A stretch of DNA of 63,380 nucleotides, the filler included, from Collodictyon triciliatum (lineage: Eukaryota), in NCBI GenBank assembly GCA_043381765.1. It is 6 parts of 6 records of this genome, joined end to end, with 100 filler letters (N's around TTAATTAATTAA, not from the genome) between each part and the next. Parts side by side here need not be neighbours in the genome. Positions count along the whole stretch, not along the records: positions 41,160 to 51,665 come from JBHJMP010000353.1; positions 51,766 to 57,206 come from JBHJMP010000354.1; 4 more parts are not named here. One strand, written 5' to 3'. The stretch's first letter is position 1. Every line of letters starts with the position of its first letter. Below are positions 41,481 to 54,498 of the stretch, in pieces. Below the pieces are notes generated by a model that did not search any database, was not told the origin of the DNA, and saw only the letters and a program-made list of their open reading frames with translations. Made by a program: the position numbers and the translations under genes.

Positions 41481-44400
41481 TTTTGAAATGAAAACCTTGG
41501 GTGATAGCGGTATGAAGCAGAGAGCGCAAAGTCTGTAGTTGTATTTGTAAATACAACAACTCATATTATCTACTTTTCTGTCATAAAGCCGTTACGTGAT
41601 ATTTTTTAATTGAAAGATTATAATTTATTGTACGCACACCACATAAAACAGAAATGAGAGGATCACAGATGAGGCCAAAGTACAAGAAAACCAAGACATT
41701 ATTCACAAGTGGTTTATGGAGAACTGCTCTGCTCATGGGATCGAGTCCCCATCAAATGGAAAGGGTCTGGCATATCACTCACTTATTTAATTAACAGTCA
41801 CATTCACCACGCACCACTTATCATGGAGGTACTTATACATACAGTGAAGTATGCTTATCAACAAAATAACGGAATCTCTCCATAGTTGCACCCAAAGCAA
41901 CTCTGAGATATCTAGCTAGGGTCGCTGCTTTTATGCCTCAAGTAAGGGTCAATTGCTCTTTCATTTATTCGTCAAAAATTAGCCATGCAACCAAAAAAAC
42001 AAAAACAAGTAGTCACCCAGACTCATAGGTTAATGAAGCCAGCTCTCTCTGGAATATTCTTCGATCCCATCTGTTCGACGGTCGGTTGCTCATTTTCATA
42101 TTGTATCATTATTTTGTTTGCTTTTGTTTGATTTTGTTTGATTTATATTTTATTCTTATACTAATTGTCTTAAACACCAGATTCGGAGTCCATCACCCTT
42201 TTATTCCTCGCTATCTCTTTTAAAAACTTGGATTTGTAATTTTTAATTGTTTACTCTACCCATCAATCATCAATGGCGATTATTTGCAGAGCACTGAACC
42301 ATTTTCTTAGCCTTGATAGGTCTGCATCATATCTGGAAAAAAGCATGGAGTTGGCCCGAGCCGAGCAGAGTTATGCAAAAATTGGATTCATTATCCACTA
42401 CTATCTGGGAACCATTTATCATTTGGATGATATGTAAATTGCTTATTTCCATTTGAATACCTAGTGCTTAAATCTTACTCAAATGAAAACTCTTCTGTGA
42501 ATTTTATTCTTTGGTATTCACTGGATTTCTTTTAAAGGTTCCAGCAGGCTCTCGAAGAATATACAAGAGCTCTTTCTCTCGTTCATGATAATGAAGGAGA
42601 CCATAACTCGCACACTGCGCTCCTACATGGTGTAATTGGGGACTTATATCTGTCCCAAAACAAGTACTTGATACAACTTCAAGCGTATCCGTATTATCTC
42701 GATATTAAATGCAAAAAAATATTTTATTTTTCTTCGCATATCGGTATCGTATACTTGAAGAGAGCATCCATATTAAATGTGAATTTACCCATTAGATTGT
42801 CTGAGTCATCGACCGAATATTCCATATCGATGAATAGCTATATTCAAATCGGTGATGATGAAAGCATACCTGCTGCAATCTCCACCATGAGACTTGGTGA
42901 TGTGCTGTTGGCTGAAAAAAGGTAGTAGTCTAACGCACGATATCCCGGCCCCCTCCTTTTTTTTATTTTTATTTTTTTATCTATAATCTGCTTTGTATGA
43001 TACTAATAATTGAAAACAATCAAGATTTGATGCAGCCAAGGAAATTTTTGAAAAAGCCAAAAGTTTTCTCGTGAAAGCACCCGAGGTCAAGAAGTACCAC
43101 CTTGTTCAAGTCGATGTACGAATTGCCCAAACCTTCTTGGCGACCAACAAGTTTGTTCTTAAGAAATTACTCTATTACTTCTATTTCTATTCATTTTCTT
43201 TTCCTTTTCCTTTTCTATTCATTTTCCTTTCCTTTCCTTTCCTTTCCTTTCCTTTCCTTTCCTTTCCTTTCCTTTCCTTTCCTTTCCTTTCCTTTCCTTT
43301 CCTTTCCTTTCCTTTCNNNNNNNNNNNNNNNNNNNNNNNNNNNNNNNNNNNNNNNNNNNNNNNNNNNNNNNNNNNNNNNNNNNNNNNNNNNNNNNNNNNN
43401 NNNNNNNNNNNNNNNNTTTCCTTTCCTTTCCTTTCCTTTCCTTTCCTTTCCTTTCCTTTCCTTTCCTTTCCTTTCCTTTCCTTTCCTTTCCTTTCCTTTC
43501 CTTTCCTTTCCCTTTCCTTTCCTTTCCCTTTCCTTTCCTTTCCCTTTCCTTTCCTTTCCCTTTCCTTTCCTTTCCTTTCCTTTCCTTTCCTTTCCCTTTC
43601 CTTTCCCTTTCCTTTCCCTTTCCTTTCCCTTTCCTTTCTTTCCCTTTCCTTTCTTATTTCATTAAGCACCGATTTCCCCCAATTACTTACAACTCTTTAA
43701 CAGAGTACCAGAAGCTTTATCTCTCGTAAAACAAGTACATGAGGCCCTCACCCACCCACGGGAAGATTGGACATGCCAAAATGTGGAAGCTCTAGAGTTA
43801 ATTGGAGATACATACCATGAGTTGAAAGAGTAATTACTTATTTCTTTTATAAGTGCTCTATTCTTGATATTGTAATATTTTGACCCGCCAGTTACAATTA
43901 ATCTTTATTGTTAAAAATATTTTGTTTATTCACAAAGTCCTTTATGTCCATATGGTCATCGCATTATTATTCTCCTCTTGCCTCTGAATTGAACAAAAGA
44001 AAGAAAAACTCTGTTATATTTTTTTCACATGGTTTTCCATTCCAATAGATTCAATGAAGCATTGACTATTTACCAGAGAGTACTTGAAGAACGAAAAATT
44101 TTGAATGGGACGAGTCACCCTCGCTATGCTACATCTCTAGAAAATGTTGCACGTACATACTTCGAGCTCAGAAGGTAAAGTTGGCCGTTTCAGGAAAAAA
44201 CAAAAACAAATCACCATCGAACGAATACTTATATATTCTTACACAAAAATTTACCAGAATTTATCAGCCCCTTTTATATGTTTTTGATTCATCTCAATAA
44301 TTTCATAAACATCCCCCTTTACTATTTTAGTCATGAAGGACTGGGGATATATTTTACAGAAGCGTCCAAAATTCGCTCAGTATCCGGTTCCATCTTCAGC

Positions 44401-47400
44401 CTCAAAGATAAAACTCAAATAGAAGGTTTGATTGAAGTTATGAAATCCAAAAGCGAGCACAAAATATCCATACTACTTTACAAGACACTGTTTACTTGCT
44501 TATCAAAGTCTTTCGGATACACAAGCCCTCATGTGTGGAGGTTATGTACAACTGCTGATACATTTTTTAGCTCTATGAAAGCAAATGAAGACCTTGTGAA
44601 ATTCTGGGAATACATCAGAGATAGATACTCCAAAAAACTAGGGTGGGCACACTCCATAGTGCTAAACTCCTGTGAATTTATCTTTAGTCATTCAGTTACC
44701 TTGGGTTCAAGAAAGGAAGTTGCTGAATACACAGGCGTTATGAACTTCATACGCGATATTATTCCTAATGCAAACCTCGATGCCAATTGGAATCGTCACC
44801 AAATAATCTTCTATTTGCACCAAATTGTTTTAATGTCGAGAGAAAACGAAACCTTTTCAAAGGCTTCTTCTGAAGCACTTACTCTCTTAAATTTCATGAA
44901 TGTTCCACTTCACGGATTAGATTTGTCCCGAGTCCATATACCAAATGCTAACTTAAGCAATTCAATTATCAGCGGGGTTAATTTTACAGGAGCAAATTTG
45001 ACAGGAGTTGACTTCACCAATACATTGATCGAAAATTCATCGTTTAAAGAAGCGAACCTGGATAGCATCAAGCTTAGCAAATCAAAAGATAAACTAGAGG
45101 GTCACATGAATATGGTCAATAGTATATGCCACTATACTGGTCCAAACAACGAGAATTGGCTGATTTCTGGGGGAGGCGATAACCGAATCATCGTCTGGGA
45201 GATGTCCACGGGCAGCCTCCTCAAAAAAATCGAACGGCATACTGGGGAAATAACTTCAGTGATTGAAATACATGACTCTCAAGGGGAATCACTCATTGCC
45301 ACAGGAAGTAAAGACAAAACTATCCGGATTTGGGACATCACCACTTCAGAGGAAAAGAAATGCATTGAGACAACTTCTGAAGTGCACAGTATTTGCAAGG
45401 TGTCTGGTCCAAACAAGGAGATTTGGGTGGCATCTTCTAACGAGGACAACAAAGTATACATATACGACGCTGAATCGGGTGCCCAAGTGAAGGAAATCTC
45501 TTTAAAAATAGCGTATCCACGCATGCTCCAACCACTTTACGGTCCAAATGGAGAAGATTGGGTTGCATTAGCTGGGTTTGGGGGTATTGAGCTCCTCGAA
45601 ATAGCAACATCTAGTCATGTTAAACTACTTGAAGGACATTCTGGTGATGTTAAAGCCTTATGTAGCATCGAAGGAGAAAATGGAGAGCAATGGTTGGGGT
45701 CCTCTGGTAAGGATGGAACCATACGAATTTGGGACTACATAGCTGGAAACCAAATACAGCTGATTCACGGGCATGATGAATCAGCTACAACTCTTATTAC
45801 TGCCCGTGGTTTGGGTGGGGAGTATTTACTCATATCTGGAAGCAGTGACACTTCTGTGCGTGTGTGGGATGTAAAAACGCACAAGAAGCTAGATATGCAT
45901 GCAGTTTACACTGGCACAATAACATGTTTATGTATCGTCAAGGGTCCAGGCAATGAGGTGTTAATAGCTGCGGGATGCAGAGACCATTCTATTAGACTAT
46001 TTGACTTACAGTCTGATAACCAGATCAAAGTCCCAGAAGTCAAGAAGGAGATTATTGTTTGTGTTTGTTCTGTTAAAGGCCCAGATGGAGAGCCATGGCT
46101 GGCGTCAGGAAGTACAGATGGAACCATAAATATATGGGACTTGACGACCGGCTTTCTCATAAAGAAAATCGAAGGACATTCCGACACAATATACACGATT
46201 ATTTCTGCACAAGGGCCTAACGGAGAGGAATGGATTGCATCTGGAAGTAGGGATGAGACCACTCGTGTTTGGAATTTGATAAGCAGCAGCCAAGTCTACA
46301 TATTGAAGGGCCACCAGTCATCCGTCCGTACCCTTGCAGCCGCCAGAGGGCCAAATGGGGAAAATTGGATTGTTTCTGGAGGCAGTGATTCATACATGAT
46401 TCTATGGGACTTAGCAAACGGACAGGAAGTAAATAAATTATCTGGAAACGATACAACAGGAGCATGTTTTGTGCAAGGCCCAAATAATGAATCATGGCTG
46501 GTTTCAGGCAGCAGTTACGGCAAAGTCACATTGTGGGATTTGGGTAGCGGCAACATAGTTCATTCTGAAAGCGGCCATAATTTCTCAATTTACGGTATTT
46601 GCGCTGCCCAAGGGCCGATAGGACAGACGTGGGCTGTATCTGCCAGTGACGGTGATGAAAACAACTTGGTTGTTTGGGACTTGACAAAAATGGAGAAGTT
46701 GGTTACATTATCTGGCCACTCTGTAGGCGTATATTGTGTATCAAGTTTCAAAGGTCTCAAAGGAGAAACCTTACTCGCATCCGGTGGACGCGATGGTACA
46801 GTTCGTGTATGGGATATAGTGAATAAGAAGCAGAAAAATGTTTTTGAAGGTCATAGTGATTATGTGTGGAGTGTCTGCTCTACTACGAATGCGAATGGTG
46901 ATGTAGCAGTTATTTCTGGGGGTTGTGATCAAACAATTCGTTTATGGAACGTAAATACAGGGAATTGCATCGTTACCTTAGATTCACAAATGGATACCAT
47001 TCAAAAAGTAGCTCCAGTGAAAACCCCTACGGGCAGAAGAGGAATTATATCAAGAAGTTTTTACGGAGTCCTCACATTGTGGGATATTTCTAATGGGAAA
47101 ATACTCTCAGAAGTATCTATCGCTGATATTGTGCTTACCGATGGGCAAAAACTGATCAACAAAAATGATGGACATGTCTTGGCCACATTCAACAGCCCAG
47201 ATTACGCATCGGATTTCTTTGAAGACTATAAGAATCTCAAAAATCCTCAAAGAATCCTGAAGCAGAGGAAATTACAAGGGAATGATATTCATTTAGAGGA
47301 TACCATAAATTTGAGTTTGTACAATAAAATGCGATTGTTTTCTATTGGTGCTACGTCAGTCGACGCTGATTTTACAAACTATTGTGAAAAAGGCAGCTAT

Positions 47401-50400
47401 ACAAAGGCACAATCAAATATGATGGCTAAATGCTACGAAAATGGATGGGTGGTGGATAAAAACCCTGAGCTATCTCTTTATTGGAAAGAAATAATCCCCT
47501 TGAAAATGTCAAAGGACTATGAGGGTCTAAAAGAGGCAGCACAAAAAGGCTCCAGGTATGCTTTCGAAATCTTGAAAGAGGCGGCAAACATTAAAGAAGA
47601 TGTTATAGGGAGTTTCAGCGTAAAATCTGGAGAAAAATACACAAACCCCACAGTTGCTTCTATGGTTGCCGACTGCTATGAAAACGGGTTCGGTGTCGAA
47701 AAGGACCTTGACCAATCTGCAGAATACTATCAAAAAGCGAATGATTTTGCCAACCTGAAACGGTTAGCCATGATTGGGTCTAAAGTGGCCTTCAAAATTT
47801 TACTTGACTTATCGTCCATTGTCGATGATATTCTCCAGTATGGAGGTTGGGGAGCAAAAATAGGCGAGACTTATCGCTACCCCGATGCGCTCTATACATT
47901 GGCTCAATCGTATGAAAACGGATGGGTGGTTGAAAAGGATTTGAAAGAGGCCAGTAGATGGTATGTCAGAGTAAAAAAAATTGACGATTTGAGGCGACTA
48001 CTTTCTGGGGGCTCTGCAGAAGTATTTGAACTCATGAAGGAGTTATCAGAAGAGAAAGAGGACGTCTTAAATTACGGCTCAAAAGTAGGGGAGAAAATCA
48101 AATACCCTGAAGCATTTTCACTTATTGCATCTTGCTATGAAAACGGATGGAGCGTGGAAAAAAATCTTAAAGAGTCTGTCGAATGGTATCAAAAAATCGG
48201 CGACTTTGACGGGTTAAAACAGCTGGCATCTGTGGGTAGTATGGATGCTTTCTCGGTATTGCAACAAATGTCGATGTCCAAGATCGATATATTTAAATAT
48301 GGAGACTGGGGAGATAAAGTAGGGGAGCGCTTTCAATATCCCAAAGCAGTTTCGTCTCTTGCTGAGTGTTATTTGAACGGTTGGGGCGCGGATAGAGACT
48401 CGAAAATGGCTTCTGAATGGTATGGAAAACTGGAAGAGTTTAATCAGCTCAAGGACATGGCAAAAAATGAGATCAAAGAGGCGGTTGATGAGCTGATAAA
48501 TCTTGCGAGCTTAAAAATCGACATTATCAGCAATGGCGGATGGGGAGAGAAGGTCGGTGAAAAGTTCAAATATACAAGCGCTGTACAGAACTTGGCAGAG
48601 TGTCTGGAGAATGGATGGGGCGTCGAGGTCGATTTAAAGAAGGCAGTTGGTTATTACATAGCCCTATTATCTTTCGATGACCTGAAAAGACTCGCCGAAT
48701 TGGGAACGAAGTATGCATTCGATGCTTTACTTGAGCTGGCTATGTCATCAGAAGTTGAGCTCGACCAAAACGGATTGAAAAAGAATGAAATCTTCAAAAA
48801 TCCTCAGGCTGTTTCCTTAGTAGCTGAATGCTTCGAAAATGGGTGGGGTACTGAGAAGGACCTTGAGAAAGCATTAGAGTTCTACAGAAATTCTGAAAAA
48901 TTCGAGAAGCTACAGAATTTCGCGAAACAAGGAATGAGCAGGGCGTTTGAAATGCTCAAAGAGGCTTCGGACGTTAAAGAAGACGAGCTTGACTACTATA
49001 AGAACAAAGTTGGAGAAAAGTACAAGTACCGACAAGTTCTTCCCTTACTAGCAGAGTGCTACGAAAAAGGTTGGGGAACTACCTTGAATGAACAAATAGC
49101 TTGTGAGTTGCATGGAAAAAATGAGAACTTCCATGTGCTTCAACGTATGGCCAAGGAGGGGTCAACTAATGCTTTTGACATTTTGAAGGAATACTCTTTG
49201 AAGAAAGGATTGCAGCGTGATGCATATACTGGAGGAATATTGGGTGAAACATACTTTTTCTCGTACTTGGTTGATTATGTAGCAAGTTGCTACGAGAACG
49301 GATGGGGCACAGAAAAGGATGCGGAGCAGGCGAAGTTTTGGACTGACATTGTCCCATTGAGGACATCTTACAACTATTCCAGACTGAAAAAATTGGCGCA
49401 AGAAGGTTCATTAGTTGCATTTTCGATGCTGCAAGAGATATCAGAGATTAAATGCGATGTTATGCGCTACAAAGAGAAGATTGGCGAGAAGTATAGATAC
49501 CCTGAAGCTATCTCTGCCATCGCCGAATGCCTTGAGAATGGTTGGAGTGTCAGCAAAGACAAGGAAAGTGCCGCCGATATGTTTCTTAGAGCTGAAAATT
49601 GGGAAGGATTAAAAAGATTAGCAAGAGATGGATTTTCGAAAGCATTTGCGCTTCTGGTGAACTTGGCTGAAATGAAGGAAGAGATCCTTAATTATAACAA
49701 TATCAAAACCGGTGAACGACAAAAGTACCCTGAAGTTGTCATTATTGTCGCTCAGTGCTTCGAAAACGGATGGGGAGCCGAGAAAGATTCGAAAAAAGCA
49801 CTTGAATGGCATGGCATAGCTGGGCACTTTGATTTGCTAAAGCAGCAGGCTGAGCAGGGTTCAAATGCCGCCTTTGGTGTCTTGGAAAAAATGGCGAGCG
49901 TGAAAGAAGATATCGTGGCGAGCAAAGGTCAGAAAATTGGAGAGAGCAATAAATATCCAAACGCTGTTGGATGTGTTATCGAGTGCTATGATAATGGCTG
50001 GGGAGTGGAGCAAGACAAAAAGAAAGCAATCGAGTGGCAAGCAAAGGCTGAAAACATTGATGTTCTGAAAGATTTAGTGGTGGGAGGCTCGCAAGATGCT
50101 TTCGATGTGTTGAATTACATGGCAAACAAGAGAGAGGTTTCCTTCAATAGCTATTATGGTTCCAAGACAGGGGAAAGATATAAATATCCTCAAGCGGCTT
50201 CTGTTCTCAATGAGTGCTATGTGAATGGCTGGAGTGTGGAGAAAAATGAGGAAAGGGCATCTTTCTGGGGAGTCCTCGTCCCTCTTTATCAAAGTGAGGA
50301 TTTCAACGGATTAAAGGAGCACGCAGAAAAAGGCTCTGCTGAGGCATTCAAGTTTATTCTAGAACTGGCTGGGATGAAAGAAGATATACTCGATGGCGAG

Positions 50401-50529
50401 CAGATTGCTGGGGAAAGCTACAAACACCCACAGGCGCACCAAGTTCTGTCGGAGTGCTATGAAAATGGCTGGGGTGTGGAGAAGAACCCCGAAAAGGCTG
50501 CTGAGTGGAAGGCAAAAAATCCTCAATAG
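41222..50529 (+). CDS. giant repeat protein: CH-like domain, about 6-7 TPR, pentapeptide repeats, about 15 WD40, 14 SEL1-like repeats; 5' end truncated
   Basis: LLFWANHLL...DEDLGDGFLLLKLIE (CH-like); TPR exons at 42320-44174; terminal exon 44331-50529 open for more than 2000 codons. Confidence 0.88.
43223..43652. repeat. (TTTCC)n microsatellite spanning a gap, in a TPR intron
   Basis: Direct reading. Confidence 0.95.
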
Positions 50530-50789
50530 CTGTCGCACCGATTCCTTCGTTAGTTGCTTTGGATTTGGAGCTGCGAACTTGGCGTTCAGAGCAAACTAAC
50601 AAAGAATAAAGCAAGAAAAAAAAAAAAGACAAGATAAAGATAAAAGAAAGATAAACCATGAATAATTGTCGCCTTACATCCGTAGGTACTGCAATTATGT
50701 CACACCTATCAGAAAGGAGTGGATATATGCGATAAGTAACTAATATCAATGACTTTGGAGTTTTATTCGACATTATACCTCATTCACAC

Positions 50790-50853
<64 letters not shown>

Positions 50854-51776
50854 GATGCCGCTAGACACATCCCAATGCTTGACGTATACTCGATACTTGG
50901 GCTAAAATTCTGATAAAGGACGAAGAAACTGCCTAATTTTGACGATGGTCTTCGAAGCGATATTAATGAGCTATACTAAGAAGGATAAATGAACCTCGCA
51001 GCTGGGCTGTGATGTAAGTCATGAGTAGAAGACTGAAGGGCTGCATCACTTGTGCAAGACTTACAAAAGAAGTACTCTGATAGTTTATGATAAAAGAAAA
51101 CAGCTTTCTCCTTCTTGCCTATTTGTATTGTTTTTTTTCCCCTGAAAGTACTCACCCTTTTGGGTACGCTTAGTTTTCTTGCTCGTTCATTCCCATCACA
51201 GCAACTCGCAAAGGTAAAGATGGTGAAGAGGAGGGGAGCTGGGGTACAACTAGGTGAGCTTTGTGAATAAACTTGCATCGTTATTGTATGCTGCTTCTTT
51301 CATTTTTAAACCCCTCTGACAAAGCCAAGCTTGAGTATTTATGTCGCTTGTGAGCGTCGCAGTGAGTCGCTGGCTGTCAAAACAAAGACGCACCTCCACA
51401 AAGAATCGACCCAATTCGGCCAAACGTTTTTTTTTTTTTAATTCGAATTGAGAGAATAACACATCAAGGCCAGGCAAAGTCTGCGCGATTGTTTCCCTTC
51501 CTCTGACGTTCGTTGTTCCTTTCATATTAAATATTTCATTTATTCTTATTGTTGTTCTTTTTCTTTTCTTTTTCTTTTTCTCTTTCTTTTTCTCTTTCTT
51601 TTTCTCTTTCTTTTTCTCTTTCTTTTTCTCTTTCTTTTTCTCTTTCTTTTTCTTTTTCTTTTTCTNNNNNNNNNNNNNNNNNNNNNNNNNNNNNNNNNNN
51701 NNNNNNNNNTTAATTAATTAANNNNNNNNNNNNNNNNNNNNNNNNNNNNNNNNNNNNNNNNNNNNAAAAAAATAAA

Positions 51777-51853
<77 letters not shown>

Positions 51854-54180
51854 TTTGTCTGGTATTATTACCCCTGCATTATATATGTGATAATACCACA
51901 TTTTAACATATCATAACGCCTATGTAATACAATAGATGCTTTTGGTTACTTTCCGGCAGTTTATCGAAGGAGGAAACCCCCGAGGGAATTGCCATTGCCT
52001 CCTGGGTGGGTGATAGATGACGAGCGAGGTAGTGCAAACCCCCGATAAAGGATGTAGTGGGTTTTTTTATTTGTTCATGAGAATGGGCAGGGGTTAATCA
52101 GCTGGGAGTAGCTTATGCAGAGTCTATGGCAGAGATTCTACTAATTGAGAGACATGTGATGATATCCAAGACACAGCGGGCAGTATCGTCTTCAAGACTA
52201 CAAACACACTCAAGAAGTTGCTCAATATCCGTTGAGTTAGATTCTTCATCTTTGAGATGAAGATCTTGGGCATTCCCCAGAACAACTTTCCTTTTATGAG
52301 TCATGCTTTCATTTCTACTCTTATTTCAGCATCTACAGATTTCATAACTTCATATATCTTGATAGAGCCTACCATATGATTTTTGCGTAAATTCACTGAT
52401 ATTTTTGTATCTTCTCATCCGACAAAGTCCTCGCCTTGCTTATAAGATGCGTGCTATAGTAAAATTTAAATATCTACTAAAATGACCTGACCTTCCTTTC
52501 ACAATAACAGTCTCAAGTAGCTTGCACATAAAGACATTCTCCATTTGCTCATAAGAGATGACATTTACACTTTCCTTTATTCATTTAAAAGAAGAGATGT
52601 CATTTATCATAATCTCTGTGCTGTATCGCTAATTTATCCCCTCCAACCTACAAATATATCAATTGCATATTCATTACATAATCTACACATGTAAGAATTA
52701 ATATATGATTCTAGTTTATGAGTACATTAAAAATTATTTAAATCAATCTAAACTTTCCTTCCCGCACAATTTGAAGGTAATAATAAGGATTGAAAGATGT
52801 CCTTCCGAATCACCGCTCACTAATCCTTAATATCACCAATAGGAGCTATGGATGGGCACACGCGCGGCAAAAGCCGGCAAAGTCTCCCAACAATCCACAC
52901 TTTGCAGCAACGGTGATGAATCCATTGAGCACACATTTCTTACAATATCCCTTCGCTCAAAACCTGCGCAAAACAGCCGGTGAGATTCTTCAGCTGACAC
53001 TCAAGACGGCTGCGGCTGTTGGCCCAACCCAGGCGATATTTGGAGTTTTGCAATAGCTGCGTCCAGAGGCAAAAACATTCTGGGCAGTGACGCGAGGCCA
53101 TTTGCTATGGACTATGTGGATAGCGCGCATATACTCACGCAAAGCAAGACTCAACAACCAGCCACCCATTCCTGATAACAGGCTGGATGACATTATACAA
53201 ATCTCTTTCCTCAACAGCTTTCTTCGCCACCCGCACGTTCTCTACTACTCCGACCCTGTGAGAAGAGACATATGTGAAAGGAGGCTGAGAAAGAAATTAA
53301 ACCTCGCCTTGTCTCTCTCATGCAAGCACAAGACCCAGGCTACAGGCCAAACTGCAGGATGCAATTCCTGATTACCGACTACTTCTCCGCCACCCGGCCA
53401 ACAAGCAGCGTCCATGCAAACGATGGCTAGCGAACCCAAAGCCAAAACCTCCATCATCTTATACAAATTGAAAGGGAGAATAAAAATAATAGAAGCAAGT
53501 TCACTCCCTTTGAGTTACCTAGAAGAAAAGACACAGAAAAGGCATGCACTTTGGGCTTATCTGTAAACTATATTTGCCACTTTAATGGTGCAAATAAAAA
53601 AAAAACGCGGAGATAGTACTCCGAGCAACCAACGAAGAGAAGAGTGGGGAGATAAAAGGATATGAAAAGACATTGGCATGTATAAAATATTCAGAAAAGT
53701 AGTGCACATGGAAAAGAAAGAATTCCTCCGCCTAGTGCTCGCACAAGATTCCTTCTGGCCTACTGGCAAGATGTTGTAAGAAACAAAGAAGTCTCCATGT
53801 ATTAGACAAACAGACTAAAACAAGAAAATATGCAGCGAATGCTTACACCCAGCAAGCATAATTTTTTCAAGGATACCTAGCTGGTCGCCTTCTCTGCAAT
53901 GAGAAACCTCACTCCCCTATCGAGGCTTTCAGCAAGTGCAAATCAAATTCCATCAAAGAATCTACCTTCAACGCACGACCGATTTATAATCCGAAGCCGA
54001 TATACACGCCCCATCACCACTGGCTACGCGGGCTCCTACAGGCTGATAGGGGAATTCCTTCATCTGCGACGGTATCTCGTACCTGTTCTATTCGAAATTC
54101 GGTTGTTGCGTGGGGTGCGATTCTGACGGGTTTGTGTCCTATCTGTAAGGTTAGCCACCATCCCGTTTGTGGAAGCATAA
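50359..54180 (-). CDS. probable multi-exon gene(s) of unknown product; crosses a linker, so may be two loci
   Basis: GC-richer open segments bounded by AG/GT alternate with AT-rich intron-like DNA; no consistent full model obtained. Confidence 0.3.
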
Positions 54181-54498
54181 TTTGGGAATAGATGGAGAGC
54201 GAATGTTAGCCACGGAATCCTCAAAATCATTGGGAATGCACCCCATTCTAAGCGCACCCTAACTGACGTTTGGAGGAGAAACGTGGTTGGATCAGGACGA
54301 TAGAACAAAGTAAAGCCTGAAAGAAAGAAAAAGCCATTTCGCAGCAGACAAACGAGAAGACTTGGGGGAGGCGCTTAATCACAACGCTATTTCTAATCGT
54401 CTGCCTCATTCTCTTGCCTTTCTTACGGTTTTCTTCTGGCCGGTATAACACGGCTTGGCTTTTTGGTTGGCAGGACAAGAGAGTAAAGGCTCAGGCAG

